Shown: positions 27,603 through 41,960, numbered from the stretch's first letter. The stretch is 64,000 nucleotides of DNA from Eledone cirrhosa (GCA_964016885.1 OZ024743.1:232562001-232626000); one strand, 5' to 3'. The notes: generated by a model from the letters alone, not told the origin. Made by a program: numbers and translations.

Positions 27603-27784
27603 GTGGATTGGCAGTATCGGTAGAGGGTCGGACGCCATGCTTTCCAGCATAGTTACGTCCCTTTACGATCTGAGTACAAATCCCGCCGAGGATGACTTTG
27701 CTTTTCATCCTTACGGGGTCGATAAAATAAAGTACCAGTAATGCACTGGGTAATTGCTTGCCTTGTGCCTAAAGTAGAAACAGT
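27603..27784 (+). mobile_element. Main tRNA-derived SINE
   Basis: Head GGATTGGCAGTATCGG, B-box-like GAGTACAAATCC, core GCTTTTCATCCTTACGGGGTCGATAAAATAAAGTACC and tail GTAGAAAC. Confidence 0.9.
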
Positions 27785-28121
27785 TATTAATGTTAATCCA
27801 TACATTTGCTTATAGATGTATACATAATTCAGCAATTAAATGTTCTAACATAGTTTTGATTCTTGTGTATTCTATATTGCTGCCCTGTATAACAAAAGAT
27901 GTTCTTACATTGAGCTATTTACCTTACTGGTAATAAGGTAGTAATAAATTACTCACCTTACCTGTTTATAGTTGTATATAGTATAGTATATACATAACTA
28001 TAAATAGTATCCTTAATATTATATATATATATATATATATAAACCGTAGAGCATATATTTGTTTTTAGTACAGATTAAAGGATGAAAGCAGCGATTCTTT
28101 GCTTAAACTTTAATCTGTACT

Positions 28122-28365
<244 letters not shown>

Positions 28366-28367
28366 CG

Positions 28368-29810
28368 GCGATGAACTATGCTAAACCCATGGCCTCTAAA
28401 TACCTGATACTCAAAAACTCACCAATGTCCAGTAGTGCTAAGTTTAATATTCTGATCGCAGATTTGGTACGAGTGATGAAGAATGTGTCCAGCATGTGCG
28501 ACCCAACAGAAATGGAAGGACACATCCAACACTTCATCAACCGCATGCAGTTCTCTGGCTACAACCAAAGAGACAGAGTCAGAGTATACGAAGGAGCCAT
28601 GGAAAAGTATAAGACCCTCATAGAACTGGACATGAAAGGAATTTGCCCACTATACAGGAGCAAATCATGGAATAGCTTAGATAGGGCTAGACATAAGATA
28701 GGGAAGGCCACATCATGGTACGACAACCAGAGATATCAGAGTGTCATGTTTGTGGACGCCACCCCTGGAGGGAAATTAGCTAACCAGTGTAGAAAGGCCC
28801 TGAGAAAGACCCACTTAAAAATAAAGGTGGTAGAAAAGCCATGAACCACCATAAAATCCCTGATCAGCAAAACCTACCCTTTTAAGAAAACCCACTGTAC
28901 CAATAGGAAATGTATCATATGTAAGGTGAACCCCCGGATAAACTGTAAAACTAGAAACGTAGTCTATAGCATAAGATGTACAGAGGGTACTTGCAGAAAC
29001 ATGACAACAACATACATAGGTGAGACAGCTCGTAGCATAGGTGAAAGGATAGACCAACACTGGGGGGAACTAAAAGGACGAAAAGTCGGGTCAGTACTAT
29101 ACGAACATGCTAGACAACAACATGACGGTAACATAGACAACATAGAAATTAGAATAATATCTAAACATAGGAATGACCCAGCAGATAGGCAAATCAGAGA
29201 GGCCAGTGAAATAGAAATTAGAAGACCAAAGCTAAACAGAAAGAATGAGTGGAACAACAACAACACCCAAACAAACAACACTGACCTAAGAGAAGTATAA
29301 ATAAGTAAATAAAATAAAATAAAATAAGATAAATAAATACATACACAAGCACAATAACAACAAGCACATAAACACACACTAGTCACCCAGCAGACACAAC
29401 ACTATACACACTAGTCACACATCACACATAACACTATACACACACGCAAACGCATGCGCAAAGAAGACAAAATAAAATAAGATAAACAAACAAGCAAATA
29501 AATAAATATATATATAGACAGACTGAACAAAAAAAAATGGCGTAGACATACAACACAACAGGAGGAACAATGAATATAACACCACTGACGATGTTGCAGA
29601 TGTGCAACGAAAGATTTATGTAAATTATGTAAACTATATATATGTGTTTGTGTCTATATTGTATCTGTATTATTTTTGACCGCCGGTCAGTCAATGGCAA
29701 CATTGAGGACCGAGTAAGTTAGATAGCAGATATAAAAGACAGCGAGAAGCGAAAACCAACCAAACAGTGAGTGTGTTCTGTTATTAATTCTGGCAATATT
29801 ACGCAAATAT
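28368..29810 (+). mobile_element. 5'-truncated PLE related to family A (RT thumb + Zn linker + GIY-YIG + pLTR)
   Basis: YAKPMASK..RMQFSGY..CTNRKCIIC..NVVYSIRC..YIGETARS. Stop at 28842; ORF ends at 29300. HHR core at 29585-29612 (CTGACGA-T-GTTGCA-GATG-TGCAAC-GAAA). Confidence 0.92.
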
Positions 29811-32298
29811 GACCACCCTCACCCGAGTACAGCTCGACTCCTTTCTCTCCTTCTTCTGCTCCTTCCACCCCTCCCTCCACTTCACCACCTCTATCTCCAC
29901 CACCCACGTCCACTTCTTGGACATCTCCGTCGCCTTCGACCCCTCCCACCACTCCCTCGTCACCTCCGCCTTCTTCAAACCCTCGACTTCACCTCTTCCC
30001 ACCCCACCCACACTAAACTCTCCATTCCCTACTCCCAACTTCTCAGGATCCGCCGCCTCTGTAGCCGAGATGCTGACTTCGAGTCCCAGGCCCTTTCCCT
30101 AGTCAGCCATTTCATCCGCAGAGGTTACCCCCCCTCTCTCGTCCACACCGCTCTCACCCGCGCCCGTGCTATCCCCCGCTCCACCACCCTCACCCCACGC
30201 CACCGCACACCCACCCACCGTCTCCCCTTCCCCATCACCTACCACCCCTCCACCTTACCCCTCCACCGCACCATCCGCCGCCTCTTCCGACACCTCCAGT
30301 CCGACCCCTCCACCTCCCACATCTTCCCAACCCCGCCACTCCCCTCCTTCAAACGCGCACGCAATCTCCACACCCTCCTCGTCCACAGCTCCCTACCCCC
30401 CAACCCACGCTCCGTTTCCCCCCCCGGTTCCTTCCCCTGTTCTAGGCCCCGCTGCAACACCTGTCCCCACATCACCAACACCACCACCTTCCAGGGTCCC
30501 AACGGCCACCCTCTCTCGGTCCGGCATGCCTTCCGCTGCACCTCCTCCAACCTAGTCTACGGACTTCGTTGCACGAGGTGCAGCGCGACTTATGTGGGAC
30601 AGACGGGACGCCGCCTGGCGGACCGAGTCACGGAGCACCTCCGGCACATTCGTCTCGGGGGCAGTTCCCCCATCGCCCGCCACTTTGGTGGCCCTGGACA
30701 CTCCCCACGCCATCTCACAGTCTGTGGCCTACTCCAGTGCCACGGAACACCCGCCCATCGCCTCACGGTCGAACAAGGTACTATCTTCATCTTACAGACC
30801 CACACTCCCCCCGGCCTGAACTCCCCACCCTTATTCCTTTAGCGTTCGACCGCCCCCCTCCCCCACTTATCCCCCACTAACACCACTAACACACCCCTCC
30901 TTTTCACCGCCCCCCCCACACACTAACAATACTAAGACCTCCACTCCACTCCACCCCTCATCTGACCACCCTTCCCCGACTAACATACTAACATCCCTTC
31001 TCTCCCCTCTTCTCCTCCCCCCCCCTCCTTATCACACGCACACACTTACACCACCCACCCCACACGCAACTAACATCACTAACACCCTCCAACCCCACGC
31101 ACACGTACCCACACACCCTCGTACACCACCAACTCTACACACCCTACCCCCACTAACCCCCACTCACACCTGCATTCCACCCCTCCCCACCTCCCGTCTA
31201 CTAACACCCACTAACACCTCCTCACCAAACTACACACACACCAGTACACCACACTCCCTCCATAGAACCACACCCCCCCTTCTCTCCCCACTCCACACTC
31301 ACTCATCCCACTAACACCCCTACTAATACACACACACACACACACCCTCCTCACTCCAACTCTCACACCTACCCATCCTCGCCTCCCTACCATTCCGCTG
31401 ACTACTGCTATGCCCTTCCGACCACTGTCTCAGCACCAACTGACCACAGCACTTCACTGCTGACCACTTCCTGTTGCGCGCGCACCCCACATCTCTCCTC
31501 TTCCGACCACCGCTTCTTGGATTACCCACACGCGTTTTGACTTCCAACCAAAATCTCCATACATCCGTGTAACTTACCACTTTCAACCATCGTCTTACAC
31601 CATCACCTATATAACTCACCCACACACACATCCCAAAACAATTTTTTTTATCCACATGCCACCCACACCCACAACACGCTTAAACCACACACACGTGCTT
31701 CCCACCACATATTTACACCCTCAGCCCCCTGATTCCTCTCCCCCCACCCCTCTATCCACACACGCACAGACCCTCCGACACACAAAAACACCCCCCACAC
31801 ACACCTTCCTGAACATGCAACCCCGTTCTTCCTCCAACCCTCACTTTCACATACACACACACACACACACACGCACACCTAACCACACACACCACCTTCA
31901 ACCCTCCCCGCTCGGACACCCCGTCTCCCTCTCCCCACTCCACCCGCCACCACCTCTACTCACCCCACACCCTTCCACCACCTGTTTACCTGCCTTTTAA
32001 TTTCAGTTTATTTTGATCATGCCTTTATTTTTAAATGTTCTCATTCCTTGTATTTTGATCATGCTTTATTTTTATTTATTATTTATTATATTTTTGTCTT
32101 TATTTGTTAATTTTTCATTCGCACCGTTTCCTTTCGCTATATGTCTCTCCACCACTCCCCTACACACCTTTTGAACTCTCACCTGAAGAAGGGCTTATGC
32201 CCGAAACGTCGTCCTCCACCTACCCCCCACTCTCCTGAGCGTGAATTTAATAAACATTTATCGTACTGCCTCTCTGTTCTGTCCCTGTTCAATTTTTC

Positions 32299-32301
<3 letters not shown>
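29811..32301 (+). mobile_element. 5'-truncated Neptune-like PLE with a long C/A-rich 3' UTR
   Basis: FLDISV, CSRPRCNTC and YVGQTGRRLADRVTEH..PPGLN; stop at 30842. Related to 2350-5275. Confidence 0.9.
32183..32210 (+). ncRNA. Minimal hammerhead core
   Basis: CTGAAGA-A-GGGC-TTAT-GCCC-GAAA-CG-TC. Confidence 0.85.
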
Positions 32302-32371
<70 letters not shown>

Positions 32372-32374
<3 letters not shown>

Positions 32375-32726
32375 TAAAAGGAATTCCAACTTTGTCTGAT
32401 TTACTCGTTTTATTTACAATCCTTTAAAATTTATGATGGTATTATAATGAAATAGTATGATAGAATATTAAATGTTAAGTGTTAATTGAACAAGTACTTT
32501 CATGCTTTCGCAATCTTCGGGTTCATAATGTGTGGTGACAGTCAAGTTTGCAATTTTCACTGTCACCACACATTATGAATCTGAAGATTGCGAAAGCATG
32601 AAAGTACTTGTTCAATTAACACTTAACATTTAATATTCTATCATACTATTTCATTATAATACCATCATAAATTTTAAAGGATTGTAAATAAAACGAGTAA
32701 ATCAGATAAAGTTGGAATTCCTTTTA

Positions 32727-32730
<4 letters not shown>
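32372..32730. mobile_element. 360-bp fold-back element with a hammerhead in each arm (32487-32525 on -, 32576-32614 on +)
   Basis: Arms at ~32372-32542 and ~32559-32730. TGAAT-CTGAAGA-T-TGC-GAAA-GCA-T-GAAA-GTAC-TT-GTTCA. (TA)n flanks. Confidence 0.9.
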
Positions 32731-32788
<58 letters not shown>

Positions 32789-32879
32789 GTGTGTGTGTGT
32801 GTGCGACTTTCTGACTGTCTGTCTGTACTGCACTCTTCCCATATTTCTGTTAAGCTTCTATATTAGAATGAGTTTTGAG

Positions 32880-32990
<111 letters not shown>

Positions 32991-34438
32991 AACACCTTTA
33001 CGTTCACTCCAAATTGGTGTTATTTGCTTGTCTCCATATGGACAGATTATATTTTGCAATAGTGAAAGGTAATTTCCTACTGTAAAAAATCTGAGACTGA
33101 GTTTACTAATTTTACTTTGTTTATTTTAAATATGATAATTAGTGTATTTTTGGTCTATGATTCGAAACAGCTGTATATGTATAATTTAAGTACAATTAGT
33201 AATGAAAGTAATATTTTTATATTCTGATTACTTCTCAGCCTTGTCATGTGTATTACAAGATCTAATTAATGTTGTTTCTGTAAGATTGTCCCATAAGTCT
33301 GCACTGGTATAAGGTTTATTCACATCTTATTTCCATTAAGATCTTTACGGGACAACGAAATTGAGATGTTTATCTTTGCTCGTATATATATATATATATA
33401 TTTATGCATATATGTATACCTATATATATGTGTGTCTGTGTGTGTATGGATCACATATACATACATAATTACGTATATAAGTATGCACGCACATCATCAT
33501 GCTTAGGAAAACTCTCATATATCAGCCAAATCTCTCTCAAATTATATATATATTCTTTTAAAAAAAGAGCCTACCTTATAGACTGTAATTAATTATAACG
33601 GTAGTTCATACATACATACATACTTACTTACATACATAGTACATATATATTTGTGTGTGCATGTACACATATATACATGCATATATATGTGTGTACGAGT
33701 TTGTATGTATGTATCTATGTGTGTATGTATATGTATGTGTGTATGTATATATATATGTATGTATTTATATATGCTTGTATGCATATATCTGTACAATATT
33801 TTCACTGAAGCGATAAGAACTGGCATTCTTTGAAGATAATTACACGCAGTTTCCCTCAAAGCTATTTTTTCTCTCTGTTCCTCATTTATATATTGATTCG
33901 GTCTATATTTAATAATCTATATAATATATCTTCACTAAAACCAAAACTACTGTATCATCAATATTCTAAGGACAAACATAGACTGAAAGATTATTTTTGA
34001 AAATGGAGCAAAAATGAAATAAGGAAGCAAATGCTACAAAATATATCAAAACAAAACTATCAGAACTCACACTATTGAAATAAGCTGAGGCTTTCATTTT
34101 TATAATTCTTTGGGTGTTTTTCTTTTTGTTTTGTTTTTTTTTTCATTTTATTATTTATTGTTATTAGACAGTCACCATACTGAGGCACCGCTTTGATTTA
34201 CGTTGTCCTCGCTACGTCCCCGCTACATATTTTCTCACGACTGAGACTTATTTTATCGATCTCTCTTTTATTGAACTGCTAAGTTACGGATAGAAACAGA
34301 CTTAGATGCAAAGGTAGATATAAACACGGATACATGCAAACACGCCCCCCCCCCCAACACAGACACACTCTTATATATATGTATGTGATACATATATGGA
34401 CTAGGAATGTAATTGCTTGTTTAAACATTGCCTATTCT

Positions 34439-34481
34439 CCGATGATTCCAAACAGTTGTTTGGAAGAAACGATCGTCCGCA
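34439..34481 (+). ncRNA. Minimal hammerhead
   Basis: CCGATGA-TTCCAAACA-GT-TGTTTGGAA-GAAA-CGATCG-TC. Confidence 0.8.
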
Positions 34482-34664
34482 ATTAAATGCATTAAACAAA
34501 AATTCGATAGTTTTGTACTTTGTATTCCTGCTCTGTAATACATCTGAAGTTTTACATTGAGTTATTTCTGTTACTCGTAATTGGGTAGTACAACATACTA
34601 TCCTTTCATATTTATAATTATATATAATTTATATGTAAGTATAAATACTATTATTATTATTATA

Positions 34665-34775
34665 TATATAATATAATATAATATAATACAAAATAATATA
34701 ATATAATATAATATAATACAAAATAATATAATATAATATAATATAATACAAAATAATATAATATAATATAATATA
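34665..34775. repeat. 30-bp AT-rich minisatellite
   Basis: Unit ATATAATACAAAATAATATAATATAATATA, about 3.5 copies. Confidence 0.9.
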
Positions 34776-34945
34776 ATTGTTTCTACATTTTTGGCACAAG
34801 GCCAGCAATTATCCAGTGCATTACTGGTACTTTATTTTATCGACCCCGTAAGGATGAAAGGCAAAGTTAACGTCGGTGGGATTTGAACTCAGATCATAAA
34901 GGGCCGTAACTCTATCCGACCCTCTGCCGATACTGCCAATCCACC
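34775..34945 (-). mobile_element. Main SINE (internal deletion)
   Basis: Matches 27603-27784. Confidence 0.9.
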
Positions 34946-35252
34946 AATGACTAGGAAACAGTACTCTTGATATAGATTTAGACTTAAACATTTCAAAGAG
35001 CTCCTGTAAAGCAATGTCATTAATGTTCTATATTAGACACCATGTGGTTACTCTTTCTAGAGATAAAGCTTGAACCTTTCAATAATTTTAGTAAAATACA
35101 CTCATTACGAGGATTTGCTTAGTCAGGATAAAACGAACATCTGTTGTTCGGTAGAATTATTCTATCAAGTAATCAGGTACCATCTACAACTTACAACGAA
35201 AGACTTTATAATCAGAAATAAAGACACACGTCGTATTATACTTTTTGCTTCA

Positions 35253-35321
35253 ATTACCCAGTACAATAAAGTACATGTAATGTACTGGGTAATTGCTGGC
35301 CTTGTGCCAAAAGTAGAAACA
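35253..35321 (+). mobile_element. 5'-truncated SINE with a snap-back duplication
   Basis: 18-bp TSD ATTATACTTTTTGCTTCA at 35235-35252 and 35322-35339. Confidence 0.85.
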
Positions 35322-36380
35322 ATTATACTTTTTGCTTCAGAATACACTCTAACACTATCCTGCCATTAATATAGATCTTTTATTATTACTATAGTACTTT
35401 TTACACCATTTATATTTTCCTGTTTATCGATCAATGTTAATCGTAAGGTGTAATTGGAATCGAACTTTTATCCTGTTTTCATTGACAAGAAAAATGTAAA
35501 TACTACTATTTGGAGAAAAACGATGATTTTTACAATTCTTCATCTTTTCATTCCAATGAATGAAAAGATCTCACATTTTCTGGCTACAAATGAAAGCATT
35601 ATTCTGTATTCCAATGAATATTAGGTGTAATGCAAACTATTATGAAATGTAGTGGTTTATAATTGATCTACGTCGTTTATATTTCTTTTCCGTTTAACTG
35701 AAAACATATTTGATACGCTGTACAAGACCACAGTCTTTTATTGAAGTAATGAAACGATATGTTCAATAATGGCACGATTCTTCTGACAAATAGAGGGCTG
35801 ATTGCTTTGGGCATCTTTTAGGCTTTACTGAACTGAAACTATCTATTTGAGTTATCACTATTTATATCATGCGAGAATGAGATACGTGCATGTAGGTTTC
35901 AAGCTATAGATATGCAGGTTGTTTATGAGCAAGTAATTTATCCATAATTAACTTGCCTCTGGCGATATCCGATTCAATGAAGGTTTCCATTCGCATTAAT
36001 TAAAACATTGGATGATTCTTACTGAAAATGTGAGTAGTGTATTTCAAAAGATCAGCAACAATAGATTCTGATGAGTTCAGTGACGTTTTAAAGTAGTTTG
36101 GTGTTAATAGATTTTGTTCAACCTGTTTATTGTGCTCAAAGAAAAGGTGGCTAATGGGCTTACTAAATTTAGGTTTGAGTTTTCTTAAACATTCTGTAAT
36201 AGATACGTTGTGGTGAATAACTGAGGCCGAGCAGAAACGCAACAAATACACTAATATATTTCTGCTAATTTAATGGTCTTACTAACATACGACGTGGTAT
36301 CAAATCCTTCCCGGACTAGTTGTTTTTAAAAGAAAAGGATATATTTACCTTAGTTTTGACATCATCTCCTTCTAAATAGA

Positions 36381-39047
36381 CACTTTAGCAGTATTAGTTG
36401 TAGATGTTATCGCCACTTTAGCAGGGTGGTAGAATCAGTGGTCGTTAGTTGCCAGTGTGGTAAGTGATAGTATCCTCGTTGGATTATCTTGTTGACATAG
36501 ACGTGAGGGAAGGTCCCTCGATCTATTTACCATCTATTCACAATATTCCTTTCGTCAGGTCGCCAATTCCAGCAGCATGGATTAAAGATGTCATTGAGAC
36601 AAGAGTAACATAATAACGACTTCAACCGCAGTAATTAGAGATGAAATGTATGTTTATTTATATGGTTGAAGTTACAGATAAAAAGAGGTTACATTAGGGA
36701 ATGTGCCATTGCGCCGTTAAGCCGGCGAGGCTAGTGGTGCAATATCTCACTGTTACATTATGCGTGTTGCTGGCTCGAAGTTTCTGGTACAAGCTAGAGA
36801 TTCTTCAAATCTTCGCGGGGAATTTCTTCCTCAGGGCGCGTAGGGATACATCCTCTTCTACTGGCGCTGATTGGCTGAACTGAGCCAAATCACGCACAGA
36901 GAATGTATGTGAGCCCGCGGAATGTAGGTCACTACATCACCTCCAACCAGATTTTCAGCCGAAAATCGATAACGAAGAAACCAAGGACCCACATATTATT
37001 AAATCAGCAAGAACAAATGCTGAAAGAGCACATCGGTGAAAAAATAATTGAGCAGAAGGTTGCATGCAAGACCAAAAAATGAGGCGCTACGGGCCGTGTT
37101 GAGCCGCTGTGTCAAATGACCAGTTGTTTTGTTGTTTATACGTGACCGCCAAAGGTCTAACAAAAAACGGATAAAGTCTGACATGGGCGAAGTTGCTGTT
37201 CTTGCATTAAATGTTAATGGTAAGCGTTGTACCAGTAGCTGTGAACGAAGCTATTATGGTAGTTTACCAGTGCTGGCGAGAAAATGATGGCCCCCAGATG
37301 TATTGTCGAATGTGCTGTGGAGCCAGGAAAAAATGGCTGGTTGCTTTGTAAAAACAAAAGGCAAGTTTAATCTGTAGGTCGGTTGCAGTGTAAATTCCAT
37401 AATTCGGGCGAATCCACAGAAGTGGCCGAAATGCTAACAAGTCCAGTTCAATTTGTTGCTTTCCCAGCGAGTCGAGCAAAAACAACTAGACGGATGGCCG
37501 TCATGGACGATCAGTGTGCAACGAGATGCGAAGCTGTTTGAGTTCAGCTGCAATGTATTCTCGTGTTGCGGTGACTGTTTGAATCCAGTGGATTAAGCTC
37601 CGTGAGCTGCTAGCATGTGACAGCATCTCAACCAGGTGAAAAGGGACTCGCAGAATATTACGTTTGAAGAACATATACCAAGAACAACATGTTGGTGTGT
37701 GATAAAAAAAATGTGTGCATATGCAGGCATGTAAAACAGCAAAGAATGTGAATGAACAAAAACCATGAGCAAACAAATAGCAAAAGAGCACAAAACAAGT
37801 AAATGCATTCTACAAAGAAATATGTGAATGTAACAAACTGATAATTCAAAGTCAATCTAGGGGAGCAGAGAAATTGCTCAATAAGTTCAAAGTTTTTCAA
37901 AGTCAAATAGTTCACACATCACCAGTGTACAGACACTAGTCCTATCTGAAAACTGAAAAAGAAGTTTGTTAATGCCGTTAGGGGTTAGATGAATGGTGTT
38001 TTTGTGAGATTTAGTGGCCATTTTCCCGTCCCGCCACACGGTTGTGTTGCTTATTGTTAAAGCAAAATCAAAGAATCTTCTGTAGAGTAGGAGTCACCAA
38101 ATATGGCACTCACGTCTGACGCCATAATGGTGAGAAAACTACTGTCTCAATTTCTCGCGTCCCTGTGGTAACGAGACAGAAGGTATGGTGGTTGCGTCGG
38201 TAAAGTTACAAGCCGTTTTGAAATTTCCGATGTGTGGTGGTCGGCGTTGGTAAAGTTATGAAGCTGCCACTCACTGTTCCCTGTATTGGTCAGTGGTTAA
38301 ACAACGCTGTCGCTGCTGCTGTCATTGTTGTTGTCAAGCGTAGTCATGACATGTCGGTAGCCATCTTGAAATTTTTTCGTGGCGAAAAAGTTTTTGAAAT
38401 ACTGCTAATTTTTCAAAAATCTTAAAAGGAATATTCTGGATTTTCGCAAGTTGCGACGTGGCAATAAAAGTTAAACTGAATGAATAAGAAGGGCTGCGTG
38501 ATATTCTTACGTCGGTCACCACTTTAGCAGTATTATTTGTAGATGTTATCGAGATGCAAGTGTGGTAAGTGATAGTATCCTCGTTGGGTTATCTTGTTGA
38601 CATAGACGTGAGGGAAGGTCCCTCGATCTATTTACCATCTATTCACAATATTCCTTTCGTCAGGTCGCCAATTCCAGCAGCATGGATTAAAGATGTCATT
38701 GAGACAAGAGTAACATAACAACGACTTCAACCGCAGTAATTAGAGATGAAATGTTTGTTTATTTATATGGTTGAAGTTACAGATAAAAAGAGGTTACATT
38801 AGGGAATGTGCCATTGCGCCGTTAAGCCGGCGAGGCTAGTGGTGCAATATCTCACTGTTACATTATGCGTGTTGCTGGCTCGAAGTTTCTGGTACAAGCT
38901 AGAGATTCTTCAAATCTTCGCGGGGAATTTCTTCCTCAGGGCGAGTAGGGATACATCCTCTTCTACTGGCTCTGATTGGCTGAACTGAGCCAAATCACGC
39001 ACAGAGAATGTATGTGAGCCCGCGGAATGTAGGTCACTACAACACCT
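36381..39047. repeat. ~530-560-bp direct repeats (36381-36942 and 38520-39047) around an unidentified 1.6-kb segment
   Basis: Near-identical copies seen directly. Confidence 0.9.
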
Positions 39048-40260
39048 TCCGCAGCAACACACCGGCCCCAGCGTTCCTGTCACTTTTGTAATCTTGCCTG
39101 GAGGTCGTTTTCTGCGATTCCCTCTGGATCCTGACAATCGTGTTAAAACGGTGACCTTTGAGATGCCTTTTAAGCTTGGAGAAGGATCATCGGGAGTTAC
39201 GAGAGCATGCATGCATACAATCTAACAACATATTAGATATTACTGTGTGGTGCCGCTCAGCTTTAATATAGCAGATTGATTAAATATAGTTAGTCGCTTA
39301 AATAAAATTCACCATATTTCTGACTCATTCATAATTACAGTTCGCAGTTCAGTATATATTTATCGAATGGGTTTGCACTCTAGTAGTTTGGACATATTTT
39401 CTATACTATCTAATCTGTTACTCTATATATACTAGTTTTGATTGTATCTGTGCAAGAAATTTAAGATTCTGCTGGAGACTGTCAAGTTTTGAAATTCTGC
39501 TGCAGTTATTGCTGTTTGCAGCAGATCCATTGTCGATGTCACCCGTCCATTATAGTAGGGTTTTGTTGTCATGTATGCTCTCTCAGTTTTAAGACCGTTG
39601 TATGTGTTTATGAGGAGATTTGGCTGATATTTTTAGCAATACGAGCGGCTACTTAGATACTCCCCCCCCCTCTCTCTCTCTCTCTCTGCATTTTTGTAAA
39701 TTATTCCCGGTGATGTGCGTTCCGGTACTGTCTTTGGGGTGAATGAGCATATTGCTATTACAATTAGTGTTTCTATGAAGTAAGAAGTAAGAATGTTCTT
39801 AGGAATATTTCCTGCTTATAGTTTTCTTGTTTTATTATTTCAGACTTTATAACTGTGCCGACGTGTGTCTTTATAACTGTGCCGACGTGTGTCTTTATAA
39901 CTGTGCCGACCATCCGTCACTTATCAAGTTACCCCTTTATTTATTAATATATTTTTCAGCTGTTTTTGTTTTTTACCCAGCCCAGCTGCCCAGTGATCCA
40001 CCAAGTATTGCCTAAATTCCAGCATAGACTGTCAGATAGCGGTATTTGTGCATCTGGATATGTAATGGTGAATGAACACGTGGCGTCATAGACTGATACG
40101 TTTAGAAGAGAAATAGCATATGCTATTGCCAGAAAGCGTATCCAGAGATCCAGTTTCCGGAGGCCACGTTAGTGCAGCTAAAACTGATAAAGATAAATAA
40201 TGAAAAATATAGAAATAATGATGATTAAAATCATAAGCTTCATGAGATTGATGATGACGG

Positions 40261-40306
<46 letters not shown>

Positions 40307-41267
40307 AGTGGTAGTGGTAGAGACGATAATAACAACAGCAATAATATCACCAATAACAGCAATGCGTCATTTAGCTAGAGGCTAAATGGAACTTCTTAAA
40401 ACGTAAAAATTCCAATAAAATAAAATATATATAGAAATTGTAGTGTAAAAAATAAATATAATTTGAAAAAGCAAACAAACATACATAAGAAGATGAAAAA
40501 ACAAACGGTATTTTTTCCAGGAAAAGTGAGAAAGAAATGAAAGGGAAATGACAGAGGTACTTGAGACAAAATGACGACTCAACAATCATTGTATAAATAA
40601 CAATAACAACAACAGCCACAGTAACATCAGTAACAATAACAACATAGCCTAAACAACAACAAAATTAATAATTTGTTTCCATCTTTACATAGAGACGTAT
40701 AAAGAGAAATTTCTTATCTTTTTTTTTATTATCTCGAAACGTTTTCTACGAGATTTTATCAATGCATCAATTTATGACAAATAAAAAAGAAAACCAAAGA
40801 TAAAAAAAATAGGCACAAAATATACAAACAAACAAAAACAAGACCTTCTGGAAAATATTATTTTAATTCACAAAGAAAAAAAATTAAGAAAATAATGGAA
40901 TAAAAAAAACGTTAAAAACATCGAAAAGACTCATTATTCTTCTGTATATGCGTGAGGCTGGAATAATAAGAGCAGAATATGATAATTGTTTCTAATTCAA
41001 CGTTGTTTCTTTTTAATAGTTTTCCACATGCTTTATGTCACAAGAGCTGAGTAGTTTAGATGAGTATAACATTTACTGAAATATCAATGAAAATCACAGT
41101 CACAAATATAACACAGAAAGCTTAATAACGTTGCTGGAGTGGCTAATATATTAGAAATTCTTACTCAAAATACATTAGGCTATTTAAGTATTACTCATTA
41201 GGTTGCAGATTTTAAAGTCAAACCCAAACATTCACCCATCCAGACCTGATAAAATAAAATATTAGCT

Positions 41268-41600
41268 TTCTTCTTTTATTGGCTATCGTGTCCACAAGAG
41301 TGTCGGCTACAAAGTTTGACTAGATGTGGTTCCGCCACAGCTGAACACATTGCTGTCCTCTCTCATTAAACTCTGCCAAGTCCAATGCTGTGCAGAGGGT
41401 CATATCAGGAGCTGCTGCGTAGTCTGTAGTTCGATACCGCAGTCACACACAACGTCCCCATCCTTTAAATATCCCTATTTTGCCAGATTGACTTTTGAGC
41501 AACCAACACCAGATCTTAATCTGTTGAAGCATTTCCACGCTGCATAGGTTGTATTGGCTGAAGTTCATTTAATCGATTACTACCCTCCACCGCCCTCCTC
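41268..41600 (-). mobile_element. Ingi/Vingi-like LINE 3' end
   Basis: WKCFNRLRSGVGCSKVNLAK*GY..CDCG..QT..LL zinc-knuckle region, followed by GTGGACACG..AATAAAAGAAGAA. Confidence 0.65.
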
Positions 41601-41649
41601 TGCTACCCCGACACCAGCAACACAACGACAACAACTACCATCAAAGTAT

Positions 41650-41960
41650 TGTGGCCATATGACAATCTGCCCCGATGCCTCTATACGAATGCCTTAGTAT
41701 TTGTCTTTGGATAAATGATGTTAAATCTAAACCATTTAATGTGTGTGTCGGACTCCGCCAAGAGTGTGTACTGTCACATCTCCTATTCATAATCGTCATG
41801 AACAGGATTGACTTGTGCAGCCGGGTTAGAAGTGGTATGACGACTGGCATTAGCAGACGACATAGTATTATTTAACTGGTCCGAAAGTGTTCTCCTACCT
41901 GCAATTAATAGGTGTAACGCTGAGTACTGCCTGGCAGGAATAAAATAATGCTACGAAGAC
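41650..41960 (+). mobile_element. RTE-clade RT fragment
   Basis: KSKPFNVCVGLRQECVLSHLLFIIVM matches RT motif B (GLRQGCVLSPLLF). Confidence 0.75.

Noticed and set aside
36694-36699. TTAGGG as a telomeric repeat
   Set aside because: A single hexamer with no array.
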